Positions 1 to 10,133 of a DNA stretch of 64,000 nucleotides are shown in pieces. The translations under genes and the position numbers were made by a program. Within the stretch, counting starts at the first letter, position 1. Each line of letters starts with the position of its first letter. A model generated the notes under the pieces. That model ran no database searches, was not told the origin of the DNA, and saw only the letters and a program-made list of their open reading frames with translations. Source of the DNA: Chitinophaga pinensis (GTDB lineage: Bacteria > Bacteroidota > Bacteroidia > UKL13-3); contig CAMARW010000005.1 of the NCBI GenBank assembly GCA_945860865.1, positions 4,364-68,363 of the forward strand. Reading direction: 5' to 3'.

Positions 1-494
1 ATTTGAGCGCCATTATTGCCAAATCCTCCGCCTATAAAAAATTGATTTATCCATTTTCTCTCACTTATATTAATACTTCTAATATATTCATAGTTTATTG
101 GCTGCCATTCTGCGTGGGCAATAAACTTTGATAATATTTCTTGCTGCGCAAAGATTAATGGGCCGTAGGTGTTGGTGTTTATTTTTAAGTTTGGGGTCAG
201 GTTTCTACTCTGGTAAATATAAATAAATCCTGTTCCTAAAATGGTATGTGGAAATACCCTATAACCCACCATAGGCTGAGCCAATACAAAAGTGCCAAAG
301 CTGCTTAAAGACAAGCCTACATTGCCACCATAAACCATTTTGTCTATATCAAAACCACTCGATTTACGCTCATAAGCTTTTAATTGTTCCTGCTTTTGTG
401 CTTCTTCTTCATCTAGCTGTTGTATTTTTCTCTGAGACCAAACGGGACTGCTTACAAAACATAGAGTGATTAATATAATGGATACTTTTTTCAT
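1..494 (-). CDS. hypothetical exported protein (partial, runs off the window start)
   Basis: The minus strand has an ATG at 494-492 and an open frame with no stop down to position 1 (more than 164 codons). The N-terminus MKKVSIILITLCFVSSPVWSQ looks like a signal peptide. It is absent from the ORF track because it is truncated. I recognise no family. Confidence 0.45.
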   Translation of the reverse strand, partial: MKKVSIILITLCFVSSPVWSQRKIQQLDEEEAQKQEQLKAYERKSSGFDIDKMVYGGNVGLSLSSFGTFVLAQPMVGYRVFPHTILGTGFIYIYQSRNLTPNLKINTNTYGPLIFAQQEILSKFIAHAEWQPINYEYIRSINISERKWINQFFIGGGFGNNGAQ

Positions 495-575
495 ATTGAG
501 CAAAAATAAAATAATTTAATGGATAAAATTAGCTAAAGGTTTTATTAATTCGCACTGCTTTTAACGCGCACAACT

Positions 576-1646
576 ATGACTAAAGTACACAATTTTTCGG
601 CTGGACCAGCAATTTTACCTCAATCTGCTATAGATGCTAGTATTGAGGCGCTTCAAAATTTCTCTGGAACCAATTTATCCTTATTAGAAGTTTCGCATCG
701 TAGCAAAGAATATGAGGCAGTTGTTGCAGAAGCGGTGCAATTAGTTAAAGATATTTTAAATCTAAGTTCAGAATATGAAGTAATCTTCTTGCAGGGTGGA
801 GCTAGCTTGCAGTTTGATATGATTCCAATGAACTTTTTAGGTTCAGGCCAAACAGCTGCTTATGTAAATACGGGTGTTTGGGCAAGCAGAGCTATAAAAG
901 AAGCTAAGATGTTTGGCAATGTAAATGTGCTGGCAAGCAGTGAGGATAAGAATTTTAATTATATCCCTAAAGATTATGCCATTCCTGCTGATGCGGCTTA
1001 TTACCATTGCACCAGTAATAATACCATTTATGGTACAGAAATGTTTGGGTTTCCTAACACGTCAGTTCCTATGATTTGTGATATGAGTTCAGATATTTTT
1101 AGTAGACCATTTGATGCTTCAAAGTTTGATATGATTTATGCTGGCGCACAGAAAAATATGGGTCCGGCTGGTACAACCTTGGTTATAATCAAAAAATCAT
1201 TGCTCGAAAAAGCCAATGAAAAAGTGCCCACTATGCTCAATTATAAAATACACATTGAAAATGGGAGCATGTATAACACGCCTAGTGTTTTTGCTATTTT
1301 TGTTTGTATGCACACCTTGCGTTGGATTAAATCTGTAGGTTTAGAAGCCATGGAAATTAGAAACAAAGAAAAGGCCGCCTTACTCTATGCAGAAATAGAC
1401 AGAAATACATTGTTTGTTGGCACAGTGGCATCGGAAGACAGAAGCAGAATGAACGTAAATTTTGTGCTTACAAATAAAGATTTAGAATCAGATTTCTTAA
1501 AGTTCTGCGAATCTCGCAACTTAAGCGGCCTAAAAGGACATCGCTCTGTGGGAGGTTTAAGAGCTTCTTTATACAATGCACTTCCGTTAGAAAGTGTGCA
1601 GGCCTTGGTAAGTGCCATGCAAGATTTTGAAAAAGCAAACGCCTAA
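576..1646 (+). CDS. serC: phosphoserine aminotransferase
   Basis: 356 aa. The N-terminus is [15 protein letters not shown] and the protein has SerC-like class V aminotransferase architecture. It is followed by serA. Confidence 0.93.
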   Translation: MTKVHNFSAGPAILPQSAIDASIEALQNFSGTNLSLLEVSHRSKEYEAVVAEAVQLVKDILNLSSEYEVIFLQGGASLQFDMIPMNFLGSGQTAAYVNTGVWASRAIKEAKMFGNVNVLASSEDKNFNYIPKDYAIPADAAYYHCTSNNTIYGTEMFGFPNTSVPMICDMSSDIFSRPFDASKFDMIYAGAQKNMGPAGTTLVIIKKSLLEKANEKVPTMLNYKIHIENGSMYNTPSVFAIFVCMHTLRWIKSVGLEAMEIRNKEKAALLYAEIDRNTLFVGTVASEDRSRMNVNFVLTNKDLESDFLKFCESRNLSGLKGHRSVGGLRASLYNALPLESVQALVSAMQDFEKANA

Positions 1647-1661
1647 TTTTAATAACGAATA

Positions 1662-2627
1662 ATGATAAGAATTTTAGCAAACGATGGTATAGATGCCAGC
1701 GGAAAAACAATGCTTGAAGCAGCAGGTTTTGAAGTAGTAACCGAGAAAATTGCCCAAGAAAATTTAAGCACTGAACTTCAAAAATTTGATGCCATTCTGG
1801 TGCGCTCTGCTACCAAAGTGCGCAAAGATTTAATAGAAGCTTGTTCAAACTTAAAACTCATTGGTAGGGGTGGCGTTGGTATGGATAATATTGATGTAGA
1901 TTTTGCCAAACAAAAAGGTATTAAGGTTATTAATACACCTGCATCTTCTTCTATTAGTGTGGCAGAATTAGTTTTTGCTCACCTATTCTCGGGTATTCGC
2001 TTATTACAACATACCAACAGAATTATGCCAACTGAGGGCAATACGCGTTTTGCAGAACTGAAAAAAATTGCCTCAAACGGTATTGAATTGCAAGGAAAAA
2101 CCATGGGTATTTATGGCTTTGGTAGAATTGGGCAAGAGGTTGCTAAAATTGCAATCGGACTTGGTATGAAAGTTTTAGCATTTGACCCATATGTTGAAAC
2201 CTTAGATTTAGTATTAAATTTACCTATGCTGGGTGCAAATTCTAGGGTAAAAGTAACCATTCAAACAGTAAGCGAGCAGTCTGTAATTTCGCAGAGTGAT
2301 TTTATTACATTTCATATTCCTTTTAATGAGGGGGATAAAGCCCCAATTGATGCCGAAAAAATGGCCAAAATGAAAAGGGGTGTAGGTTTGGTAAATTGTT
2401 CTAGAGGTGGGGTTATAAGCGAGGCAGATTTGTTAGCAGCATTAGAAACAGGTCAGGTTGCTTTTGCTGGTTTAGATGTGTTCGAAAAAGAACCTCCAGT
2501 TAATATGGCTATCTTGGAGCATCCAAACGTTTCTTTAAGTCCCCATGTGGGCGGTAGCACCAAAGAAGCCCAAAACAGAATAAGCTTAGAACTGGCAGAT
2601 AAAGTAATTGAATTTTTTAGCAAATAA
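1662..2627 (+). CDS. serA: D-3-phosphoglycerate dehydrogenase (D-isomer 2-hydroxyacid dehydrogenase family)
   Basis: 321 aa. It has an NAD-binding GxGxxG region (GIYGFGRIGQEV). It sits immediately downstream of serC. Confidence 0.85.
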   Translation: MIRILANDGIDASGKTMLEAAGFEVVTEKIAQENLSTELQKFDAILVRSATKVRKDLIEACSNLKLIGRGGVGMDNIDVDFAKQKGIKVINTPASSSISVAELVFAHLFSGIRLLQHTNRIMPTEGNTRFAELKKIASNGIELQGKTMGIYGFGRIGQEVAKIAIGLGMKVLAFDPYVETLDLVLNLPMLGANSRVKVTIQTVSEQSVISQSDFITFHIPFNEGDKAPIDAEKMAKMKRGVGLVNCSRGGVISEADLLAALETGQVAFAGLDVFEKEPPVNMAILEHPNVSLSPHVGGSTKEAQNRISLELADKVIEFFSK

Positions 2628-2647
2628 TCTGGTTTGATCCCAATTAA

Positions 2648-3895
2648 ATGGCAAAAGTTAAACCCTTTGCGGCTTTACGACCAGCAAAAGATAAAGTAGG
2701 AGAAGTGAGTGCAACTCCTTTTGATGGGGCTTCTAAAGATCAAGCCCTAACAGAAATGATGCATAACCCCAATTCATATTTACACGTAGTAAAGCCTCAT
2801 TTACATTTTAAGGGTGAAAAGAAAAATCCAGCAAAACACTTTCCGCAAGGTTTAGCCTATTTGCAGAGGTTAAGGGACCAGGGTTTATTAATTAAAGATA
2901 ATAAACCTTGTTTTTATATTTATCGCATCATTAAAGGACACCAAGCTTATGCTGGCATAATTGCCTCGGCAAGTGTGGATGATTATAATAATAATGTAAT
3001 CCTAAAGCACGAAAATACGCTTACCGAAAAACAAAATGAAATTGCCGAGCATATTCAATTTTATAATAATCTTGGCAATCCTGTCTTACTCTCCTATCCC
3101 GATGATGAATCAATAGATTTACTCATTAATCAATACATTTTAAAACATGTGCCTGAGTATAATTTTATAAGTACAGATCAGGTAAAACACAATATGTGGG
3201 TGGTAACAGAAGAGAAAGATATTCAGTTATTAGAAACTCGTTTTGAAGCTATCCCAACCTTATACATTGCTGATGGTCACCACCGTTCTGCCGGTTCGGC
3301 AACTTTTTGTGATAGAAAGCGTGCAGAAAATCCAAACTTCACGGGAGAAGAAACCTTTAATTTCTTCCCGGTATGTTTAATCCCTTTTAGCAAACTAAGT
3401 ATATTTGAATACCATCGCTTGGTAAGAGATAAAGCGATTGTAAATAACCCAGATTTTTTAGAGGAGATTAAAAAGTACTTTATCAAAATTCCGAGCGGAC
3501 ATTTACCGGTTCAGCCCTTAAATAAAAAAGAATTTGGATTGTATTTTCAAGGCAAGGCTTTTTTATTGCAACTTAAACCAGAGTGGGAGGCAACTTTACA
3601 AGGAACCCTAGCGCACTTAGATGTGAGCATTGTAGAAGAATTTATCTTAAAAAGAATATTCAATATTACAGATAGCAAAACAGATGCGCGTTTAAGTTTT
3701 ATGGATGGCGGCAGAGGCATTGGCCATTTGCAAGAAGCAGTAGATAAAGGCGATTATGATTTGGCTATTTCTTTATACCCAACCAGTATGGAGGAGGTAA
3801 AAAGGGTAGCAGAAGAAAACTTAATTATGCCACCTAAATCTACTTGGATTGAACCAAAAATTCGTACGGGTTTAATTATTTTAGACCATGGATAA
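2648..3895 (+). CDS. DUF1015 family protein
   Basis: 415 aa. DUF1015-like sequence that often lies next to serine-biosynthesis genes in Bacteroidota. Recognised from memory of that family. Confidence 0.7.
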   Translation: MAKVKPFAALRPAKDKVGEVSATPFDGASKDQALTEMMHNPNSYLHVVKPHLHFKGEKKNPAKHFPQGLAYLQRLRDQGLLIKDNKPCFYIYRIIKGHQAYAGIIASASVDDYNNNVILKHENTLTEKQNEIAEHIQFYNNLGNPVLLSYPDDESIDLLINQYILKHVPEYNFISTDQVKHNMWVVTEEKDIQLLETRFEAIPTLYIADGHHRSAGSATFCDRKRAENPNFTGEETFNFFPVCLIPFSKLSIFEYHRLVRDKAIVNNPDFLEEIKKYFIKIPSGHLPVQPLNKKEFGLYFQGKAFLLQLKPEWEATLQGTLAHLDVSIVEEFILKRIFNITDSKTDARLSFMDGGRGIGHLQEAVDKGDYDLAISLYPTSMEEVKRVAEENLIMPPKSTWIEPKIRTGLIILDHG

Positions 3896-4673
3896 TTTAA
3901 GCAGCAAAGAAGAAAAACTGCAAGCCTTTTCGCGTTTATTGGATATAATGGATGAGCTGCGCGAAAAATGTCCGTGGGATAAAAAGCAAACCTTAGAAAG
4001 TCTCAGGCATTTAACCATAGAAGAGACCTATGAATTGGCAGATGCCATTATTAAAAACGACCTCAAAGAGCTTGAAAAAGAATTAGGTGATGTGTTGTTG
4101 CACATCGTTTTTTATGCCAGAATAACCAGTGAAATGGGTTTGTATGATATTAGTCATGTGATACACACCTTGTGCGAAAAGTTGATAGTTAGACACCCGC
4201 ATATTTATGGCAATGTGCAGGCCGATACCGAAGAACAAGTAAAAGAAAATTGGGAGCAGATTAAACTTAAAGAAGGCAATAAATCTGTGTTAAGTGGCGT
4301 ATCCAAAGGTGCGCCTTCTTTGGTTAAAGCATTTCGCATTCAAGACAAGGCTGCACAAGTAGGTTTTGATTGGGAAACGGGCGAGCAAGTATGGGCCAAA
4401 GTGCACGAAGAGTTGCAGGAGTTTAAAGAAGAATTGGCTCAACCCAATAACAAAGAAAAAACTGAACAAGAATATGGCGATTTACTTTTTTCATTGGTAA
4501 ACTTGGGTAGAAAATCTGGTTTGAACCCAGACGATGCATTAGAATATACCAATCAAAAATTCATTAAACGATTCACCTTCATTGAAGAACGAGCCAAAAG
4601 CCTTGGCAAGAACCTTAAAGACATGAGCCTCGAAGAAATGGATGCCATTTGGAATGAGGCGAAAACAAAATAG
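3888..4673 (+). CDS. mazG: nucleoside triphosphate pyrophosphohydrolase MazG
   Basis: 261 aa. Tandem MazG-type EExxE and EE motifs (IEETYELADAI, HEELQEFKEE, EYGDLLFSL). It overlaps the upstream gene by 8 nt. Confidence 0.85.
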   Translation: MDNLSSKEEKLQAFSRLLDIMDELREKCPWDKKQTLESLRHLTIEETYELADAIIKNDLKELEKELGDVLLHIVFYARITSEMGLYDISHVIHTLCEKLIVRHPHIYGNVQADTEEQVKENWEQIKLKEGNKSVLSGVSKGAPSLVKAFRIQDKAAQVGFDWETGEQVWAKVHEELQEFKEELAQPNNKEKTEQEYGDLLFSLVNLGRKSGLNPDDALEYTNQKFIKRFTFIEERAKSLGKNLKDMSLEEMDAIWNEAKTK

Positions 4674-4737
4674 CTTTTTTTGCTAAATCTTAGATTAGTA
4701 AACAAACTTTTGCCTTTGTATATTTGTTACCAAAATT

Positions 4738-5055
4738 ATGGTACACAAAATAACTGACGAGACATTTGCTGCTGAATTAGCAAGCCATGAAAATGTGGTA
4801 ATTAAATTTTATGCAGATTGGTGCGGTAGCTGCCGATTGTTTGCGCCCAAATTTACCCGTTTAAGTAAAGATGAGAACTTCGAAACTATTAGATTTTTAG
4901 AAGTAAATGCAGAGGAAAATCCTGAGATTAGAAAGGTAGCCAACGTTAATAACTTGCCCTATTTTGCTACTTTTAAAAACGGACAATTGGTTCAGGGCGA
5001 AACTACTTCTAAGGAAGAATTTTTAGTTAAAATGTTGGATCAGCTAAAAGCTTAA
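4738..5055 (+). CDS. thioredoxin-family protein
   Basis: 105 aa with a WCGSC redox motif and a thioredoxin fold. Confidence 0.8.
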   Translation: MVHKITDETFAAELASHENVVIKFYADWCGSCRLFAPKFTRLSKDENFETIRFLEVNAEENPEIRKVANVNNLPYFATFKNGQLVQGETTSKEEFLVKMLDQLKA

Positions 5056-5059
5056 TTGC

Positions 5060-5302
5060 ATGAAATTACCCGTTATAAAAGCTTTGGCTGAAACCAAAAC
5101 ATTGGCAGAATTAAAAGCTGCTGAAGAATTATTGTGCAATGAAATGCCTTTACCTTTTGAGGTTGGGGGCGATGATGAAGGCGAGCAATTAACCCATATT
5201 TTGGGCGCAATAGATATTTTAGAGCGTGTGGAAAACGAGAAAATTGACCTTAAAACCGCTACCAGAGCCTTTTTTGAGCGCGTAAGAAACTCAATTTCAT
5301 AG
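5060..5302 (+). CDS. hypothetical small acidic protein
   Basis: 80 aa, acidic. It starts 4 nt after the thioredoxin stop. No family recognised. Confidence 0.4.
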   Translation: MKLPVIKALAETKTLAELKAAEELLCNEMPLPFEVGGDDEGEQLTHILGAIDILERVENEKIDLKTATRAFFERVRNSIS

Positions 5303-5403
5303 GTTTATAAATGTTGAAAGATTTTACACTATTTTATTGTTAAAAAAAGCACTTAATAGGGCTAAAAATCTATTTTTGCGAGGTTATCTAAAATAATTTT
5401 TTT

Positions 5404-5766
5404 ATGTCAACGTCAGTAGATTATTTCGCCATATTCATGCAATTTTTAGTTGCAGTAGGCTTTGTAGTTGTTTCTATGGTGGTTTCGCATTGGGCTGGTC
5501 CCAAACGTAAAACCACTGATAAATTAGAAAATTTTGAGTGTGGTATAGATGCTGTGGGCAATGCCCGTATGCCATTTTCTATTCGCTACTTTATGACAGC
5601 CATTTTGTTTGTAATGTTTGATGTGGAGGTTGTTTTTATGTACCCTTGGGCAGTTAATTTCCGTCAGTTGGGTATGTTGGGCATGGTAGAAATGTTGTTA
5701 TTTGCTGGTTTATTGTTGTTAGGTTATGTTTACATCCTTAAAAAGGGTGCATTAAAATGGGAGTAA
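5404..5766 (+). CDS. nuoA: NADH-quinone oxidoreductase subunit A
   Basis: 120 aa with three transmembrane segments. First gene of a colinear nuoA-N operon. Confidence 0.9.
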   Translation: MSTSVDYFAIFMQFLVAVGFVVVSMVVSHWAGPKRKTTDKLENFECGIDAVGNARMPFSIRYFMTAILFVMFDVEVVFMYPWAVNFRQLGMLGMVEMLLFAGLLLLGYVYILKKGALKWE

Positions 5767-5791
5767 TATCCTTTAATAATATATTTTAAAT

Positions 5792-6334
5792 ATGTCGAAT
5801 ATTCAAATAACAGAAGCCCCTCCGGGCTTAGAAGGCCAAGGTTTCTTTGCAACAAGTTTAGATAAAGCCGTTGGTTTGGCTAGAGCCAATTCTATCTGGC
5901 CTTTGCCATTTGCCACCTCTTGCTGTGGTATTGAATTTATGGCAACCATGGCGTCCAATTACGATTTGGCCAGATTTGGTTCAGAACGTATCTCTTTTTC
6001 GCCGCGCCAAGCAGATTTACTTATGGTTATGGGCACCATCTCCAAAAAAATGGGTCCGGTTTTGCGCCAAGTATATTTACAAATGGCCGAACCTAGGTGG
6101 GTAATTGCCGTGGGCGCTTGTGCCTCTAGCGGGGGTATTTTTGATACTTACTCTGTTTTGCAAGGTGTAGATAAGGTTTTACCGGTAGATGTTTATGTGC
6201 CGGGCTGCCCGCCTCGCCCAGAGCAAATTATAGATGGCGTTATGAAGATTCAAGAATTGGTGAAGAATGAATCTTTAGACCGCAGAAATTCTCCAGAATA
6301 CAAAGCATTAATGGCCAGTTACGGAATACAATAA
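5792..6334 (+). CDS. nuoB: NADH-quinone oxidoreductase subunit B
   Basis: 180 aa. CCxxE, GxCxxxGG and CPP cysteine motifs of the N2 cluster. Confidence 0.95.
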   Translation: MSNIQITEAPPGLEGQGFFATSLDKAVGLARANSIWPLPFATSCCGIEFMATMASNYDLARFGSERISFSPRQADLLMVMGTISKKMGPVLRQVYLQMAEPRWVIAVGACASSGGIFDTYSVLQGVDKVLPVDVYVPGCPPRPEQIIDGVMKIQELVKNESLDRRNSPEYKALMASYGIQ

Positions 6335-6840
6335 TGAGTGAATTAAATAATGCTTATTTGCTCAAAGAATTGCAAGAGCAATTTGCTGATGCTATACTTT
6401 CATCTGAAGAACCTTACGGTATGCTTACCATTGTGTTGCACAAAAACCAGATTCTATCTTGTGTGCAATATTTAAAGGATCACCCACAACTAAAAATGCA
6501 GTTCTTAACAGATTTGTGTGGCGTTCATTTTCCAGATCAAAAAGGAAGTGAATTATGTGTGGTTTATCATTTACATAGCTTTATCAACAATATTCGCCTG
6601 CGCATCAAATGTTTTATGTCGGCAGAAAACCCACAAATAGACAGCATAGAGTCTGTTTTTGGTGCGGCCAATTGGCAAGAACGCGAAACTTTTGATTTCT
6701 ATGGCATCGAATTTTTGGGTCACCCCAACCTTAAACGCATTCTAAACGTAGACGAAATGGACTATTTCCCAATGCGCAAGGAATACCCGCTAGAAGACCA
6801 AACAAGAACAGATAAAGACGATACTTATTTTGGAAGGTAA
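6334..6840 (+). CDS. nuoC: NADH-quinone oxidoreductase subunit C
   Basis: 168 aa. 30-kDa subunit signature (ERETFDFYGIEFLGHP). Confidence 0.9.
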   Translation: MSELNNAYLLKELQEQFADAILSSEEPYGMLTIVLHKNQILSCVQYLKDHPQLKMQFLTDLCGVHFPDQKGSELCVVYHLHSFINNIRLRIKCFMSAENPQIDSIESVFGAANWQERETFDFYGIEFLGHPNLKRILNVDEMDYFPMRKEYPLEDQTRTDKDDTYFGR

Positions 6841-8041
6841 TTACATGGAAAATACTTTAGGAAATTACGACCATAAATCTGAATATACCACGTTAAATCT
6901 GGGGCCAACACACCCAGCAACACACGGTATTTTCCAGAATATTCTTACCATGGATGGTGAGATTATTGTAGATACAGAGCAAACTTGCGGATATATTCAT
7001 AGGGCATTTGAGAAAATTGCCGAACACCGTCCGTTTTACCAAGTTACACCGCTAACCGATAGGTTAAATTATTGTTCATCGCCCATTAATAATATGGGAT
7101 GGCACATGACGGTTGAGAAATTACTAGGTGTTGAAACGCCAAAGCGCGTAGATTACATGCGTGTAATTATTATGGAATTGGCCAGAATATCCGACCATTT
7201 AGTTTGTAATTCAGTAATTGGTGTGGATGTAGGTGCACTTACTGGCTTTACTTACGTGTTTCAATGGCGTGAGCATATATATGATATTTTTGAAGAAATA
7301 TGTGGTGCTAGATTAACCACTAATATCGGTAGAATTGGTGGTTTAGAACGCGATTTTTCTCCGGCTTGTATTCAAAAAATCAGGGCATTTATCAAAGATT
7401 TTCCAACAGCCTTGCGTGAGTTTACTAATTTGCTTGAACGCAACCGTATTTTCATGGATAGAACCATTGGTGCAGGACCTATAAACACAGAGCGTGCTTT
7501 GCATTATGGTTTTACTGGACCTAATTTACGTGCTACAGGTTTAGATTACGATGTGCGTGTAATGAATCCTTATAGCAGTTACCAAGATTTTGATTTTGTA
7601 ATTCCTGTGGGCATTAATGGCGATACCTACGACCGCTTTATGGTTCGTCAGCAAGAAATGTGGGAGAGTTTAAAAATTATATCTGCTGCATTAGAAAATT
7701 TACCTGAAGGAAAATTCTTTGCAGAGGTTCCTGAGTTTTACTTGCCTCCAAAACAAGAGGTTTATAACAATATGGAAGCTTTAATTTGGCATTTCAAAAT
7801 TGTTATGGGCGAAGCCGATGTGCCAGTAGGAGAGGTTTACCACGCGGTTGAAGGTGGCAATGGAGAATTGGGTTATTACCTAGTAAGTGATGGAGGAAGA
7901 GCAGCCTATCGTTTGCATTTCCGCCGACCATGTTTTATTTATTACCAAGGTTACCCAGAAATGATTAAGGGCTCCACTTTAAGTGATGCCATCGTAACCT
8001 TAAGTAGTTTAAACGTAATTGCTGGAGAATTGGATGCTTAA
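6830..8041 (+). CDS. nuoD: NADH-quinone oxidoreductase subunit D
   Basis: 403 aa. 49-kDa subunit, with typical LGPTHPATHG and RxxxLERxxH motifs. Confidence 0.95.
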   Translation: MEGNYMENTLGNYDHKSEYTTLNLGPTHPATHGIFQNILTMDGEIIVDTEQTCGYIHRAFEKIAEHRPFYQVTPLTDRLNYCSSPINNMGWHMTVEKLLGVETPKRVDYMRVIIMELARISDHLVCNSVIGVDVGALTGFTYVFQWREHIYDIFEEICGARLTTNIGRIGGLERDFSPACIQKIRAFIKDFPTALREFTNLLERNRIFMDRTIGAGPINTERALHYGFTGPNLRATGLDYDVRVMNPYSSYQDFDFVIPVGINGDTYDRFMVRQQEMWESLKIISAALENLPEGKFFAEVPEFYLPPKQEVYNNMEALIWHFKIVMGEADVPVGEVYHAVEGGNGELGYYLVSDGGRAAYRLHFRRPCFIYYQGYPEMIKGSTLSDAIVTLSSLNVIAGELDA

Positions 8042-8044
8042 AAA

Positions 8045-8074
8045 GTCCATAGTCCATAGACCATAGTCCATAGC
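8045..8074. repeat. tandem heptamer repeat (GTCCATA)x4, one unit reading GACCATA, between nuoD and nuoE
   Basis: The sequence reads GTCCATAGTCCATAGACCATAGTCCATAGC immediately after the nuoD stop. The same heptamer family recurs at 25710-25803 and 26293-26416. Confidence 0.8.
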
Positions 8075-8109
8075 AAAAGCACTAACGACCAAAGACAAAA
8101 GACCAAACA

Positions 8110-8646
8110 ATGAGTGATATAAAATTTAGTGATGAAACATTAGCGGTTGCCAATAAAATTATTGCCAGATATCCGGAGGGTAAGCAAAAGTCGGCATTGA
8201 TTCCTCTATTGCATTTGGCTCAGGCCGAATTTGACGGATGGTTAAGTCCGGCAGCAATGGATTATGTGGCTTCTTTGCTTAATATACAAAACATAGAAGC
8301 CTACGAAGTGGCCTCATTTTATTCGATGTTCAACTTGCAACCTGTTGGCAAATGTTTGATAGAAGTTTGCAGAACCAGCAGTTGTTGGTTGCGTGGTGCT
8401 AATGAGGTAATTCAACACTTAGAAAATAAATTGGGTATTAAAGAGGGTGAAACTTCTACAGATGGTATGTTTACCCTCAAGGCTGTAGAGTGTTTGGGTA
8501 GTTGTGGTACCGCTCCAATGATGATGATTGGCGCTCAGTTTCATGAAAATTTAACACATGAAAAGGTGGATGCTATCCTCGAAACTTGCAAACAAGAAGG
8601 CAAGCGCAAAACATATTTAGATAATGTAGTGGTTGATAAATATTAA
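8110..8646 (+). CDS. nuoE: NADH-quinone oxidoreductase subunit E
   Basis: 178 aa. 24-kDa subunit with a thioredoxin-like 2Fe-2S fold (CxxxxC...CLGSCGTAP). Confidence 0.9.
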   Translation: MSDIKFSDETLAVANKIIARYPEGKQKSALIPLLHLAQAEFDGWLSPAAMDYVASLLNIQNIEAYEVASFYSMFNLQPVGKCLIEVCRTSSCWLRGANEVIQHLENKLGIKEGETSTDGMFTLKAVECLGSCGTAPMMMIGAQFHENLTHEKVDAILETCKQEGKRKTYLDNVVVDKY

Positions 8647-8650
8647 TAGA

Positions 8651-9973
8651 ATGGGCAAAAAAATATTATTAGCACACGATCATGTGCCTGGCATTCAAAC
8701 TTATGAAGTATACAGGAAACATGGTGGTTATAATTCGGTTGAAAAAGCCATCAAAACCATGTCGCCCGAAGCGGTGGTAGAAGAGGTTAAAAAATCTGGT
8801 CTTCGTGGCAGAGGTGGTGCGGGTTTCCCAACTGGTATGAAATGGAGCTTTTTAGCCAAGCCAGAGGGTGTGCCACGTTACATCGTTTGTAATGCAGATG
8901 AAAGCGAGCCGGGTACTTTTAAAGATAGATACCTCATGTCGCGTATACCCCATATTTTGGTTGAAGGTATGATTACTTCCAGCTTTGCGCTGGGTGTGAA
9001 TACATCTTATATATACATTCGTGGAGAGTATTTCTACATTGTAAACATCTTAGAAAAAGCCATCGAAGAAGCTTATGCCAATGGATGGTTAGGAAAAAAC
9101 ATATTAGGTTCTGGCTATAACTTAGATTTATTTGTGCATGTGGGTGCAGGTGCATACATCTGCGGAGAAGAAACAGCCTTGCTAGAGAGTTTGGAAGGAA
9201 AAAGGGGTAACCCAAGAATTAAGCCGCCTTTCCCGGCAATTGCTGGTTTATATGGTTGTCCAACCGTAGTAAACAACGTAGAAACTTTAGCCGCTGTGCC
9301 TTTTATTGTAAATGAAGGTGGCGATGAATATGCCAAAGTTGGTATTGGAAAATCTGCGGGAACCAAGCTTATTTCGGCATCAGGGCATATTAATAAACCG
9401 GGTGTATACGAGATTGAAATGGGAATTACGGTTGAAGATTTTATATACAGTGAGGAATATTGTGGAGGTATTTCTAATGGCAAAAAACTAAAAGCAGTTG
9501 TGGCTGGAGGTTCTTCGGTGCCTATTTTGCCTGCCGATAAAATATTGAATTTAGCCAACGGCGAAAAGCGTTTAATGTCTTACGAGAGTTTGGCAGATGG
9601 TGGCTTTGGTGGCGGAACCATGTTGGGTTCTGGCGGATTTATTGCGATGGATGAAGATACGAGCATCGTAGAAAACTTGTTTACTTTTGCGCGTTTTTAC
9701 CACCACGAGAGCTGCGGACAATGTTCGCCGTGCCGTGAGGGAACCGCATGGATGGAGAAGATTTTGCACAAAATGATTGATGGTCATGCCACACTTTCTG
9801 ATATAGATTTATTGTGGGAGATTCAGGCAAAAATTGAAGGCAATACGATTTGTCCGCTTGGAGATGCCGCAGCTTGGCCGGTGGCAAGTGCCATCCGTCA
9901 CTTTAGAAGCGAATTTGAGGAGTATGTTAAAAACCCTAAAGCAATCAACAAAGTAACGCGCATGGCTGTATAA
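8651..9973 (+). CDS. nuoF: NADH-quinone oxidoreductase subunit F
   Basis: 51-kDa subunit with an FMN and NADH binding site (GRGGAGFPTG) and a 4Fe-4S motif (ESCGQCSPCREG). The track ORF begins at 8633. I prefer the ATG at 8651 (MGKKILL), which lies just after the nuoE stop. Confidence 0.93.
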   Translation: MGKKILLAHDHVPGIQTYEVYRKHGGYNSVEKAIKTMSPEAVVEEVKKSGLRGRGGAGFPTGMKWSFLAKPEGVPRYIVCNADESEPGTFKDRYLMSRIPHILVEGMITSSFALGVNTSYIYIRGEYFYIVNILEKAIEEAYANGWLGKNILGSGYNLDLFVHVGAGAYICGEETALLESLEGKRGNPRIKPPFPAIAGLYGCPTVVNNVETLAAVPFIVNEGGDEYAKVGIGKSAGTKLISASGHINKPGVYEIEMGITVEDFIYSEEYCGGISNGKKLKAVVAGGSSVPILPADKILNLANGEKRLMSYESLADGGFGGGTMLGSGGFIAMDEDTSIVENLFTFARFYHHESCGQCSPCREGTAWMEKILHKMIDGHATLSDIDLLWEIQAKIEGNTICPLGDAAAWPVASAIRHFRSEFEEYVKNPKAINKVTRMAV

Positions 9974-10133
9974 AATATTGAAGAAACTAAGGAGATAGTC
10001 TATGCTGCTAAAAGTTTTGGCATATTCAGACAATTTAATTCTTGATATTGAAAGTGAAATAAAAAAATAAATGATAATTAAACATTCCTACTATCAATCT
10101 TGATTTTAGAGAGTGGATTAAATAAAATTGTAA

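Noticed and set aside
8045-8074. Heptamer repeats as a possible CRISPR array
   Set aside because: The units are 7 nt and directly tandem with no spacers, and no cas genes are present. This is a microsatellite or REP-like element, not CRISPR.
9115-9558. A 147-aa minus-strand ORF, and many similar antisense ORFs listed inside the nuo, photolyase, valS, ligA and mnmE genes
   Set aside because: They lie antisense within strongly conserved genes, have low-complexity Pro- and Ser-rich translations, and have no start context. They are typical shadow ORFs.
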